Shown piece after piece: positions 12,497-25,825 of a DNA stretch of 64,000 nucleotides. The stretch is from Vicugna vicugna (taxonomy: Eukaryota): contig MU058103.1 of the NCBI GenBank assembly GCA_013265495.1, positions 124,001-188,000 of the forward strand. The letters run 5' to 3'. The notes beneath the pieces are model-generated. The model worked only from the letters and a program-made list of their open reading frames with translations. It was not told the origin of the DNA and ran no database searches. The position numbers were made by a program, and so were the translations under genes. The first letter of the stretch is position 1. Every line of letters begins with the position of its first letter.

Positions 12497-13839
12497 GTGG
12501 TGACAGCTAAGCTCAGTCTCTCTTGTCTGACTCAGACCCATATTACAGTATGTGTTCTTTCATTCAACAATAAATTTGAGCATTGGTTGTGCTTAGAACT
12601 ATATTAATTCCACTATTCACCACTGTGAGGTTGAACTCTCAGTAAGTAGGACTCAATACTTATCCAACAACTCACCATAGCTTCTTTTAGGCCTCTATAA
12701 GGACAGACAAATGTTTATTTGCTTTTTGTTATTTCAGCCTTCCTAGAATGTCCTATGGCTATTGTTGTATCTATTTTGATAGAAATAGTCTATGTCATCA
12801 ACTTCTCAAATTCTCTCAGCCGAAGAATAGTCCTTTATTGATGTCTTAACTTACATAGTTCTGCTAAACCATAGATCCTAAATGTTAATAGGATAATACT
12901 TTGTGCAAAACTTCTACATTCCATATTTGAAATAAGCAATTTCCGTTTTTGAAAAATTGCAAAATCCATTAATTGTATTGTCTTACAGACAGTTACTTAA
13001 GTTAAAATACTGGAAATTAATCCTATGAAGCTTCCTTGTCTTGCCTTCTCCTTCTGGCAAATTCTGAATCTAGTCAGTGCTATCTAGTCAATATATTTCA
13101 AATGCATCCACCTTATTCTAACCCTATTTCCATGAATGTACTTAATTTTTAAAAATTTATTATTGTAGTGGTCTTATAACTAATCTTGCTGAATCCAGTA
13201 TTTTCAACTCCAGTGATACTTAATATTGCCACCAGCATAGTAGTTTTATATTGTATTTTATGTCTATTTAAATTATGTGGAATTTATTCTTTTATGTAAG
13301 TGCATAACTTTTAAAACTTTAATGGCAGAGCTAATTCAATTTTAATTATTACTGTGAATTAAAAAATTATGAATAAACACTAAAAATCATTAGTGATAAT
13401 AAATTTCTACTACTCATCCAAAGGAATATCTTTAAAAACACATTTTGACATTCATGCTTGCGTTTATTCTCAGAGATCAGATTCATGATAGACAAAATTA
13501 CACCGAACTGTTCTTTACACATAAACTTAGTTCATAAAATAGAGCCCTTTACAGGAGAAAGAGAACTAAAATAAATATAAATCAACCCTTTATTTTATAA
13601 ATGTAGAAATAAAATTCACAAACTGTGTTATTGCCTCTAGTCTGTCATTCCATAAGACTTGCACACTCCCCGAGGTCAAGAATTGCATTTTGTTGAACAT
13701 TAAATTCTTACCACTTAGTCCACAATTCATTCACATTTGCTAAATGAAGAAACCTTTTCATTGTTACAGAGAGATGATACCAGAATCTCAGATTTCCAGA
13801 TAGGTAAATGCAAATCTCACCAAAAATAGAAACTATTTA

Positions 13840-14100
13840 TTAAGGACTTAGATTCTGCGTCAGGGACAATTCTAAATAACTTATATAATTTTGAAAATTG
13901 TATTTAAAAATAATTGATTACCTTTTTTAATCCTATGTTGTTAGGTGTTACTAGAATTACCTCCATTTTACGTATTGGGAAAGGGGAGCACAGAATGCTT
14001 ATGCATCTTCCTGCAAAGATCACACATCCAACAAGTGGTCGAATGGATTTGAACTCCAGTAATCAGAGGTCAGAGTTTGTATTCTATCTCCACTCTGTCC
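13840..14100 (-). mobile_element. MIR SINE (degenerate)
   Basis: tttaatcctat...aggtgttactagaattacctccattttacgtattgggaaag...ggatttgaactccag, a MIR-core-like motif. Confidence 0.55.
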
Positions 14101-15980
14101 CAGCTGTGTTTAGTGCTGTGCATTAAAGTCTTACTAATGTGGAAGATTAAGGCACCTACAGATAAACCCATCAAATTGCATTCTGTTCTTCATAGAAATA
14201 GGAAAATGTAGGGCTTTTTTCAGGTCAGTTTTTATATGTTGTAATATGGGAGACAATATTAATTTTATGAAAATCTAAATGGTTCTAGAAACCATGCCTA
14301 ATAGTCAAATGATATTGCTTTTCAGTCAAAAGATTATAGGGCAATTCACTTTACCACTAAAAATCTATCATTTCTAAGTGAGAAAAACAAATAGAAATGA
14401 TGACTTTTCAGCTGAATTAATTTTCATTTCATACTTCACAGAGTAGGAGTAAAACATTGACTTTACCTGGAATGATTTAAAGTTACATTTAATTTTGAAT
14501 GAAGGGCTAAGATGGAGGGATGGATAAAATTTTAATTTTTTCTAACTTTGTTATGTTTCCCATTTTGAATCTTTAACAATCACACTTCATATTCAGATTT
14601 CTTTGACTTTAAAATTGTTTTTTACCAGAGATTTATTTACCAAGGGTAGAGTAAATTTTGCAAGAATAATTTCAATGACTGACTGCAGGACTTAGATCAC
14701 TTCTGAGTTATAACATATACACATTCTCAGAAGAGTGTCTTCTGGAAACCTGGTAAAGATGTTTCTTCAAATGAAACATTTACTGTACCTAACTGAAGAA
14801 ACATATATATAAAAATAAGTAATGCAGTGTTGAAGGTATGTAAAAGAGTGATGCTTAGCAGTTCAGGGTGAGGTGACAGGCAGATGAAGATAACTGGCAG
14901 CTGGGAGAAGTCAGTTTGAGTATGTAAACTTCCATTTTTAGCTGCATGCCTTTTATGAACCTTGAATTTTGTTAGTAAATAAGGTTTTGTCTGAGACAAA
15001 GTAGACATACAATGATTTCTTAAAGGCTACTTAGGTCCAACATAAATTAGAAAAACAATGTCTAGAATTTTCCATATCCATGAAACTTCCCCTTTGTTAT
15101 TGCTACTTGAAAGCCACTGTTGTGTAAGATTCAGCTAGGAATCTTGATAGATGTTAGAACCAGCAGATAACGCGCCTTAAGCTTTCCCCCACCTTTTTCC
15201 TGTGCAGTTTTCAAATAAAATACTTTAAAATTATTTAATTAAGAATGCTGTTATTGAAGCCAAGTGAGTGTTTACCAAATTTCTGAACCATAACACTGTC
15301 TTGGCCTATCTTTTTTTCAATTTACACTTGAAACTGAGTTAGTCATTAAGAGGCTTGAAGTAGTTTCTTATTAAGGTTGAGAAATGTAAAAAAAAAAAAT
15401 GAAGTTAGAAGAGATTCCCTTTTTGTCAGTCATGACCTTTTGCTATCTGATTTAGTCTGAGAGCTTTCCAGCTGGAGTGCCTACTCTGTCCTCAAGAGGC
15501 CTGTGTGTCTATGTAAAGTCATTTATTGCTGAAATGCACTTGCCTTCTTTCATGTCTGGAGGGGACCATCTTTCCTCTGGCCCCAGTGAGTGTGACTTAA
15601 TTCTTTTTGGATAGCTCTTTGTTTAAACCTCACCGGAATACTACAAGAAGCAATATTGAGGCTCTAACTCAATAGAATATTTCACAGGCTTCTTCAAAAC
15701 ATGGCCTCTTGGTAGAATATCATTAACCTTTTACTCAAGAAAGATTCTTAGATGTACTTAACATGTTATAGGTGTTCAATAAATACATGTGCTTCCTAAT
15801 TGATCATATCTTTCCATTTCTTTTCTTTTCAATGTCTCAGGTAATAATTTCCACATAATGTTTAGTAAACTTTTGTTGAATTAAATAGAACCACATGTAT
15901 ACAATGACCACTTGTATACAAGTTATTTCAAAGGCACTAATTAAATAGAAAATATAGCTTCATTTCCAAATTTCATTGCT

Positions 15981-16065
15981 TTTCTTTTTTAAAGGTGGTA
16001 CTAGGGATTGAACCCAGCACCTCATGTATGCTAAGCATGCACCCTACCATTGAGCTACACCCACC
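15981..16065 (-). mobile_element. tRNA-Ala(AGC)-derived SINE (Vic-1-like camelid SINE) or tRNA pseudogene
   Basis: Reverse complement ggtgggtgtagctcaatggtagggtgcatgcttagcatacatgaggtgctgggttcaatccctagtaccacc has A/B boxes and an AGC anticodon loop, followed by an A-rich tail. Confidence 0.85.
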
Positions 16066-16094
16066 TCTCTTCACTTCAATTTGCTTCCATTTAA

Positions 16095-16650
16095 CACAAT
16101 TTATTTATTGAGTCTCAGCTATGTGGCAACAATTCTGTTAATCATTCAAGAAAAATGAAATAAAATAAAATATGATTATCAGCATAAGATGATAATAGTC
16201 GAGATGAGAGAAGAAATAAGCAACCCCACATAATGATTATGTAATATGCATTATATGAAAATGTTAATTGACCTCATATTAAGAAGAGTATGTCTCTTTC
16301 GGTGTAGTCAAGGAAAGCTTGAAAGAGAAGATGGTGTTAGAGCTAGGTCTGGAAGGTTGTGCTGGACTAAAGTAGGCTTGACGTTCTAGGTGAGCAATAA
16401 AAAGTCAGTGCAAAGGTTGTAGAAGAAGTTGACAAATTGGGGAACTAGTTGATAGAATTTTCTTGGGCTAAATCTAGAGTCAAATATTTAGGGAAGTAGA
16501 CTTAGATCAGGAAAATTATGGCCTAACTATATATAACCTTCCAATTATAAACTAAAGGGTATGTGTGTGTGTATTTGGGGGAGAGAAGTACTAACAGATA
16601 ACTATTTTTTATAGGAAAGATGGTTTTGAATGAGAAGACAATGGCTGCAA
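16095..16650 (-). mobile_element. LINE-2 fragment
   Basis: Begins atttatttattgagtctcagctatgtggcaacaattctgtt (L2 3' end, reversed) and includes gtcaaggaaagcttgaaagagaagatggtgttagagctagg. Confidence 0.55.
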
Positions 16651-16652
16651 GA

Positions 16653-17652
16653 AGAAAATTTAAACGTCAGTGCTAATTTTCTAGGTGTCATATCATAAAA
16701 GTCTAACGGAAAATTTTAAATTAGTGGTAGTAAAAATTGAGATTAAAATAAAAAAAATTTTTTTCCAAATGACCTAGAGCAGTGATTCTCAGAGGAGTGG
16801 TACTGGCATCAAATACAGAGGTACTGAATCTGAAACTGTCAGGTGGAGGGGAAGTAGCAATTTGTGTTATAATGAGCCCTCCAGATGATTCTGATGTACA
16901 TCAAAGTTTGAGAACTACTGACTGAAACTTTGTAATGACTTGTAAGGGTTTCTCTTTCTGTGACACTTAAATGCTTATTCACCATACATTTATTAACATA
17001 ATTCATTAACTCTAATATGCTACCAGTTTAAAGATGCACTATTTTATGTCATTAGAAAAAGATGCCAATTAAAGCAATTCATGTGACCAATTTTAAAAGG
17101 CATCCCAATTTCAGAAGTGTTAAAAAATAAAAATGTACATCTTAGAACTTATAGAAAATTTAAACGTCAGTGCTAATTTTCTAGGTGTCATATCATAAAA
17201 GTCTAACGGAAAATTTTAAATTAGTGGTAGTAAAAATTGAGATTAAAATAAAAAAAATTTTTTTCCAAATGACCTAGAGCAGTGATTCTCAGAGGAGTGG
17301 TACTGGCATCAAATACAGAGGTACTGAATCTGAAACTGTCAGGTGGAGGGGAAGTAGCAATTTGTGTTATAATGAGCCCTCCAGATGATTCTGATGTACA
17401 TCAAAGTTTGAGAACTACTGACTGAAACTTTGTAATGACTTGTAAGGGTTTCTCTTTCTGTGACACTTAAATGCTTATTCACCATACATTTATTAACATA
17501 ATTCATTAACTCTAATATGCTACCAGTTTAAAGATGCACTATTTTATGTCATTAGAAAAAGATGCCAATTAAAGCAATTCATGTGACCAATTTTAAAAGG
17601 CATCCCAATTTCAGAAGTGTTAAAAAATAAAAATGTACATCTTAGAACTTAT
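16653..17652. repeat. Tandem duplication, 2 x 500 bp, no mismatch seen
   Basis: 16653-17152 equals 17153-17652. The unit starts agaaaatttaaacgtcagtgct and ends catcttagaacttat; the offset is exactly 500 wherever compared. Confidence 0.97.
16780..16920. mobile_element. MER5A-like hAT-Charlie MITE (second copy at 17280-17420 through the duplication)
   Basis: cagtgattctca...tactgaatctgaaact...gagccctccagatgattctgatgtacatcaaagtttgagaactactg; terminal inverted repeats cagtgattctca / tgagaactactg. Confidence 0.8.
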
Positions 17653-19172
17653 GAAACATGTTGATTTGATGCCACAAGTAATGCTGAATAAAAAAGGTGA
17701 AGTTTCACAGATACATCAACCTATTTCTTTGCTTATTCTCACCAAATCTGAACCACAACTACATGAAACATACATTCATTTCTATTTCCCTAGTTTTGTT
17801 TTAAACTCAGACCTCATGTCTCAACTATTTTCTTTTCACTAGTAGGTTATCTGAATCTAAACAATCTGCCTCTATTCTGCCCACACAAGTAAAACAGATA
17901 GGAATTTCTAGGACATTAGTCTTTAGGTCTTGGCAATAATTATTTTCATTTTTCAGAACTGGAAAACTTTTTTGGGCAGAAGAGTAGATTTCCTTTTAAA
18001 CAAATATCTTTCCCATCCCACCAACACCTTATTGTTCTAGTTGCTACAGACACAATTGAGAGTAAGACACATGACAGCTATATTTCAGGAACTCCCACAA
18101 AGCCTGTTGGTGATCTGTGGGGTGTCTGGATGGGGAATGACTGGGTCACACCAGGTTTTGAAAACACATCTGCCTCCTGAAAATTCTGCTCTCATTCTCT
18201 CCCCAGAGGAGTACATGGCCAACCTACCCATATTTTTCTCTCAGTTTCTCCCATTAACTTCTGAGCTTTGCTCTTCTTCCAACTTTGACTTCTTTTGTCT
18301 CTTTTATATTCTGTCCAGATCATTCTCCCAGACCAGAAACAGCCCAGACTTCTGAATTTGCTGTAGTATATTTTCCTAGGCTGGACTAACTGAGAATGGA
18401 ATGGAAAGTGCCCTCAGGCTGAAGTACATGACCCTTGGAAGAATAATCTGAGACAGAGCAGCTAGGGGAAAATAAAAACCAAACTATGAAGGACAGTCTA
18501 ACTAGGTAATCAACCCTAAAGTATAGATAGGACAGGAAATTCTAAATACAATTCAGTTGGAAGGAAAGAGAGAGAACTAATGTAGTTTAGAAGAAGACTG
18601 CTGGTGATGGGGCTAAGTAATCTTCACCCTGATAAGTAAAAAACTTAAATAAAAGTTTTAAACAAGTTTTTAGCTGAAAAGGTGGCACTGAGCATAGTTA
18701 AGTGATTTTCCTAAGCTCATAAGGTTAATAAGCCATTCAAATGAGGCTACTGGCTGGAGTTTTTTGCCCCCAGAGCCCCACAGTGTCCCCTCTATATGCA
18801 ACTCTAGTGAGTGAGATTACATAACACTTTCTCAACAACTGCTAATTCATCACAGAGATCTGACAGTTAAGAGATGTTAGAAAATTGAGATGTTATTAGT
18901 CCAAAGCAAAACTACACCATTTTACTATGTATGTGTGTGTATATATGTGTATATATATTAGAGTTACTCATATTCTCTGAGAATAACTTTTATCCCCTAA
19001 AAGATGGGAAAAGGAGATTTCTTCAATACTGCTTCTCAAGGTTGTTTTGTACACACACGCATACAAACTTATAAAACATAAATATGCTACAGAAATGTGA
19101 GCTGCAATCAATATCATTATCATTATTCAATAGGAACCAGTCTAAAGTTTTTGCTTGGATTGAGTTAATTAA

Positions 19173-19192
19173 ACACACACACACACACACAC
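19173..19192. repeat. (CA)n microsatellite
   Basis: About 10 AC units. Confidence 0.9.
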
Positions 19193-21063
19193 CCCTGTCA
19201 CTTCCTGTACAGAGGGTATCTGGTGGTGACTTTAAGAACACAGCCTTTCCAAACTGATTTTGGTGTGTGGTTCCATGTCTGCCATTGATTAACATTCTGA
19301 ATCTGTCCATTAATCTCTCTAAAGCCAAGTTTCCTAACCTGTCACATACTAGTAATACTATTATCTATACTATAAGGGGTTACTGAGGATTAAATACCAT
19401 AATAACATACTTATTTTTTAAAATATTGTCATTAAAGTTCTGAAGTTTAGTCTAATGCCATCCCTGTTAGACACCACGCATTTTGTGGGAAGAACCATAT
19501 ATAACGATTGGCGACCACCTGCTATACCTTGACTGGAGTACAAGGTGTTTTTAAAAAGTTATCTAATTGGATACTTGGAACAAATCTGCACACTGCTTAC
19601 TAATATGTCCATTTTATTGATAAGCATGCCAAAGCACAAAGAGTTTAAGTTACTTGTCCAAGGTCGCAAGACTTGTAATTGGAAGAAAAAAGAATGGGAC
19701 ACTGGTCATTACAACTTCAAAGTCCTTGCTTTTCCCGCAATGGACACCGACTCCTCAAGGACAGCATAAAGGGATTGACTGGATTTGTTAGTCAAGGACC
19801 TACTATGATGATTACTTTTCATGGTTCATGGTTGTTTTTTGTGTTTGTGTGAGTTCTTTCATACTCAGTTAGCTCAACTTAGAACTATTTCTAAAGAAAG
19901 AGAAACCTTAGTGTCAGTATTGCTCATATTTACCATGGAAGGAAGACTTTTACTACATATGAATGGTAATTTTATTTCTGCCCTTAAAATGAGAAATAGG
20001 TCAACCTACTTACTTATTGCATTGCTTAAATCATCTTCTGGGATTTTTGCAGTTTAAGGCTTACAGGTCTTTTCTTGGCTCTCTTCCTCTAAATCTCTTA
20101 AGGGATCATGAGTATTCTATGCACATCCAATAAAATATTTATTAAAGAATATATAATATGACTGTAAATTTATTTTAACATTTTTCTTCTAAGGAGTTCA
20201 GAACCTTATGGCATAAATTACCTCATTTATCTTCATATACATTCCCAAGGGAAGAGCTCAGTAGTATTAGCAACCCAGTTTAAAAATAAATGGGCAAATA
20301 TAAGCCAGTTGTTCGGTTAGTCAGTCTGTCATCAGGATTGATGGGGTTTCCACTATTTGTAGGTAACTGTGCTGAGAGTAGCCGTGCTGTGCTCAGGGGA
20401 GCAACAGGTCAGAGCCAGGCTAGTCTGGATAAAAACCTGAAATGGCTAAGGGGTACCTCAGTTACGTTTCTCTGCTAATCTGCTTATTTGCCCAGCTGGT
20501 GGCTACATAATGTGTCCCATTGTCTCTATCTGAGATTCCATCGGCCATTGTTCTGTCCAACCACTGCGTGCTTCCAGGCTCAGATCAGCCATCATTTCAT
20601 CTGTAAGACATTTCTTGATCCTCAACAGAGGTACTCATGTCTGTGTCCAGAGTTCTGATAAGTAGATGGGGGGAGATATATGTGGTTAATATGTCCAATA
20701 CAAGATATTCAATGAGTCTTTTTTTCAACTTTTCAGTTTCCTTTTATTTTCTGCTTGATTTTTTCCAAAAGTTTAATGATAAGTATGAGTAATAAAAACA
20801 ACAACAGTTATTCAAGTTTTAATCTTTTTGCCTTATCTCTCCAACCGCATTTCAATTTTCTTGAGAATAGGCTATCATACTCACTTACATCCTCCAGCTT
20901 AGTGATACAGGAGATTTGATATAATCAATTTCTTTTGTTCACAAAGGCTGAAGACACATTTTTATAGCATGACTACAGTTTGTCACCACTAAGTTATTCT
21001 ATTGTGAATATACATACTTAATATATGTGTATTCCTTGAGGTATGAGGGATTTTTTTGTGTCC

Positions 21064-21138
21064 TTTTATATTGTAGTATAGTCAGTTTACAATGTTGTGT
21101 CAATTTCTGGTATACAGCATAATGTTTCAGTCATACAT
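21064..21138 (-). mobile_element. Very short L1 3' end
   Basis: attgtagtatagtcagtttacaatgttgtgtcaatttctggtatacagcataatgtttcagtcatacat. Confidence 0.85.
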
Positions 21139-21501
21139 CAATGAGTGTATTTTGTGTACATTATCTATAAAAGACCAAAAGCTTCTCTGAGGTAGGAACC
21201 GTGTTTTATTTCTCTCTATATCCTCGACACATATCACATCTGGCATAAAACAGACAATTAAAATCAGTTTACTGAATAATGTAGGAAACTAGAAAACCTA
21301 TTTAATATGAGAATCAAACCCATTGCCTCCTATCATTTTTACCTCTAGGTTGTATCCCACTTATCAGTGGGTTGATTTTCCACTCCAAATGGAGCCCTTC
21401 AAATGGTATTTCTGAGCCTTACTTTCACCTTCTATAAAAAGGGGAAAGTGATACTTATTTGTTCTTCATAGAGTACCATGGGAAACAAATAGAATGAAGT
21501 T

Positions 21502-21876
21502 TATATGTTAGTTTTCTAGGATTGTGACAACAAAGTACAACAATCTGTTGCTTAAACAACATCAATTTATTTTCTCATAGTTTCGAAGGCTTGAATTCTA
21601 AGATCAAGTTGTCGGCAAAGTTTATTCCCTCTAAGACCCCTCTCCTTGGCCATCATTTCCCTCTCTCTTCCAATGGTCTGTCTTCTGTGTATGGCTGTGC
21701 CCTAGTTTTTTCTTATCTTAGAGACATGTTTCATATTAGGTTAGGACCTACCCTTATGACTTCATTTTACCTTGATTCCCTTGTTTTAAAATCTCCATCT
21801 CCAAATACATTATGAAGCACTGGAGTTTATGATTTTAACCCATGAATTTCATAGGGACATCATTTAGCGCATAACA
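21502..21876 (-). mobile_element. MaLR solo LTR (MLT1A/B/C-like)
   Basis: ttagttttctaggattgtgacaacaaagtac...ttaaacaacatcaatttattttctcatagtt...ctaagatcaag...catttagcgcataaca. Confidence 0.8.
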
Positions 21877-22590
21877 GCATAGAAAAGGTCCAACAGGATG
21901 CCATGCATGTAGCTCTCATGAAAATATTGTTGCTATCAGTTTTAGTCAAAGATTTCCCATAGATCAAAAAAATGGCTTTGCTTCTTCTTGTTAAATTACT
22001 CCATTGGTCTCTGGCTCAGCTGGCTTGAAAAGAAAAATAACATGAAGACAGGGAACAAGCAATCCCCAGCATGAAGTGCAGGGCAGAGAAAGAAAGACAA
22101 AGAATCCTCCTAAAGGAAGAAACACTCTGATCTCATTTACAGATTTAACAAGACCTTGTCATCACTGGAAAAACAGATGGCCCAGGTGAAGAAAGAGTTG
22201 CTATAAATGGTAGCAAATTTTTTAAGAATAAAAATGAAAAGCATGTGGAGGCATATTTGGCATTTGGGAGAGGTGATAGTGAGTCTGGATGCCAAGCATG
22301 AAAGACATTAAAAAGGAACATTTCCCTGAAAACCTGGCAATCAAATTTTGATGGGAAAAGAGTTATTAGCCACAACCACGTGTCAACTTGTGATGAGCAT
22401 CCAAGCCATTTTTCATGCCATTTAGTCTCTGCTGGCCTTCTTTCTCTCTTCTCTCCATTCCTCTAGTCCTACTTCACTTTCTGCCACAGAAAATGAATTG
22501 AGTCCTTATTATACAATAGGCATTGTCAGAGTACCGTGGTGTATACAGAGATAAATAAATCCTCAAGGGGATTAAAGGACAACTATATAC

Positions 22591-22900
22591 AGTTAATTCT
22601 CAGTATTTGTTCAAGTTCTATGAAGCCACCACCAACACCGAATTAGCAAATACTCAACTAATGCTCCTAGAGGAAACATACATACACAGACATACACACA
22701 CAGTGCACACTACACATGGACTGTAGTCTTAAATCCTAGAAATAACTCATTCTGGTAGATTCTATTTTCTTTATCTTTCAAAAGAGAAAACAAGGCTCAG
22801 AAGTCTTAAGTAACTTGCCTTAGGCCATCCCACTAACAGATGCCATAGATTATTGGAATTCAAACCCCTTTTATCCTAAACTGGAGCTTCTTGTTCTACA
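22591..22900. mobile_element. Tigger-type (MER82-like) end followed by MIR-like sequence
   Basis: ta|cagttaattctcagtatttgt...caacaccgaattagcaaatactcaac...ctcctagagg, then gaaaacaaggctcagaagtcttaagtaacttgcc...ggaattcaaaccc. Confidence 0.5.
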
Positions 22901-23269
22901 TTGCACTTCTCCCTACCATCTCCATCTTCTTCTGGTTACAGAAGGAGAAACAGAAGTATACACACACACACACACACACATATAAAAAGAGGAGACCATA
23001 TATATCCATATGTATGGAAATATATATCTGTATATCTTTCTATATATAATTATAATTATATATACATATATGGTACATATATGATGTAACTATATTTATA
23101 GATTCCAGATAAGTAAATGACTAAATAGCAATGTAAATATTGGCAAGGGAAGTTAAATAGTACAGCTACAGGATTCTGAAGTTTCTTTGAAAATACATCC
23201 AATATTCTACACAGAAGTGTGTTTATCTTAACCTCCATATATACGATTCCCCCTTTTGAGTAACTTCAA

Positions 23270-23460
23270 TGTGCCTAGAACTGTCCTAGGACTTTAATAT
23301 AAATTAATCCCCATAATAATCTTATCAAAGTGGTATTAAAGTCTTCATTATCATACAACGAAACTGGAAATCACAAAAGTAAATTTGTTAAAGATTATGC
23401 AGCCAATAAACAGCAGAGTCGAGATTTGAACCAGGTCTCCCTGACATCAGTAATCCAGAC
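23270..23460 (-). mobile_element. MIR SINE
   Basis: ttaatccccataataatctt...gaaactggaaatcac...cagcagagtcgagatttgaaccaggtctccctgac. Confidence 0.6.
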
Positions 23461-25624
23461 CTGTGCAGAGAGGAGAAGTAGGATATCACCTTCCCAGCTG
23501 AGATTTCTGCCTCCTGCCTTTTCTGTTCCAAACATCTTCATCCTGAAATAGCAAGGCACAGCAATCAGGGAAAACAAAACAAAACAAAACAAAAACAGAA
23601 TTGGAAGAGGACAAAACTGGTCCTGTGTTAGGAAGGCAAAAGAAGAGAATGAATGCTGAGTAGGAGGTAAGTGTGTCCACTTAGGTATAAATCTCAAATG
23701 AGAGAGGGTTAATGGAGAAGATGTTTCAGAGAGTAGTGATGAAAGATGAAGGAAGATTAAATTACCCAGTGGTTAAGAAACAATGATGATAGCTAGCAAG
23801 TAGAGAAATTAGAGCAAGAAGGCAGGGAGGAAGGGGCGACAATCTTCTTGGGAGCTGAGCTGTTGGGCAGAGGGTGTGAGAGAGGGAAGTACAACCAGCA
23901 ATGCTTGGCCCCGCAGGAGTCTGGCAGGGTGGTCAGTATGAAGAGAGGAGATGCATAGAAGTGGGTTTTGAATGTTAATGATACTAGGTTTGGATATTTT
24001 CTCAAGGCAACATGTTATAATAATATTTAAATTTTAAAATGAGAAAACTTACTTTGACCAGCTCGTCAAAGAGTTTAAATGATTTATCTGAGAAATTCTT
24101 ATTTAGAATGTGGGAGGTTATGCAGTGTCTATCCCAGAACTCTGACTCTACACTTAGGTTCCACTACAGAACATACTCTGTTATAATGATAACAGCAATA
24201 ATAATAGATTTTTACTGTCTTTAATAAATGCAAGAGAAAGATTTATATATTATCTCAACCTTAACCTCAAAAAATACAAAGTATGTAAGAGGACCTGTTG
24301 CCTGGAAATTATATTTGCAGTTTCCATTGTTACATATAATTGGTTTGTAATGCCTTTAATAGAGAAGAAAGTAGTAAAATGAAATAACATAAAATAGACA
24401 AAGCTTCAATTTCATGAAGTTGGGATTGTAACATTTTTACCTGCAGACGTAATGTTAATCATTTTGGGACTATGTCTGCTTTGTTTTTATTGTGTTGTTG
24501 TCTTGTTTTGCTTTTAACCATTTTCCCACTTTCTGATTCAGTGGCACTCTTCTTTCAAAAATACTGGAGGTACTAGTACATGTATGCTAGAGAAGACATT
24601 CTCAGTCCTTAAAGGGCACACATGCACAAAGTAATACAGATGACCCGTGGGGACATGAGGGCTGCAACACATAAGCATTGCACTGAGTAAGGAAAGATTC
24701 AATACGTCAAAAAATAGCATATCCAAAGTTAGGAGGAAAAATAGCATATCCAAAGTCTGTAGGACGCTAATACTGTCTGTATGACACTGTCTATAGGACT
24801 CTCTGTTACAATCTCACCTGGATCATACATCTCTATATAATTGCCCCATGACATTTAGGGCTCTGTGCTGAGCTGAGGATGGTCAGCTGGCCAGTTAGTC
24901 CTGGAATTATAGCTGCTTGCACGGAAAGGGAATTTTTTGTGGTATAAATATTTGTTAGGAATGCCTGTGAATAAATCAAGAGGATTTAACAAAGAGGTAT
25001 TTTATCCAGAAATGTATCCATTGCTTTATTGCTTTCATTACTTCAGTGATAATCTTCTGGCATAGCATTATAAATAAGTTAATACTCTGAGGACAAAGTT
25101 GTTCACTGGCATACAGTGGACGCAAGTCATTGCTGTCTGTCAAGTAACTAAAGAATGAGGCTCAAGTTTCTTTGTAGATGGCTAGGACACACACACACAC
25201 ACACACCCATATATACATATTTTCCCACCCAGTATCTATATACCTACCTGTATATCACTGCAAGCAACACGATGCTAAGAAAAGTGACTGGGTTGAATTC
25301 TGTCTGATTTGCTGCTTGCTGGTTATATGACATTTGACCTCAAATCTCTGAGCCTGTTTCCTCCACTGTAAAAGCAGAATAACAGTGCCTACTTTAGCTG
25401 TAAATCTTATATGAAGATATATATTACTCTAAACTTATTGCTAGTTATACCTGTTTTTCAGCCACCCTAGTAACAAGGAAAACATGCCATTGTCACAAAG
25501 CTAGCAAGTAATAGTAAGTTTCTAAATCTATTCCTGGATTGAGAAACATACACTGGAGGTGTACCCCACACACAAAATTCAACGTGCTGAAGTTTTAGAT
25601 CAGAAATAAATCTATGTGCACTAG

Positions 25625-25825
25625 ATTTTTTAATGAATAATACTTCTTTTTAGAGCAGTTCTAGGCTTACAGAAAGCTGAGCAGAAAATTCAGCACCTCC
25701 CTACAGTTTTCCCTATTATTAAAACCTCTCATAGGTGTAGTACCTTTGTTACCAGTGATCAACCGACATTATTACATTATTAACTAAAGTCACTAGTTTA
25801 CACTTGGGTTCTGTATTTATGATGC
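25625..25825 (-). mobile_element. L1MC-like 3' end fragment
   Basis: tttttagagcagttctaggcttacagaaagctgagcagaaa...cagttttccctattatt...tattaactaaagtcactagtttacacttgggttc. Confidence 0.75.

Noticed and set aside
14720..14760. Possible micro-exon (ttctcag...ctg|gtaaag)
   Set aside because: Weak polypyrimidine tract, 22 nt long and no supporting neighbouring exons; expected by chance.
15994..16065. Functional tRNA-Ala gene
   Set aside because: Stem mismatches and an A-rich tail rather than a T-run terminator fit a SINE or pseudogene.
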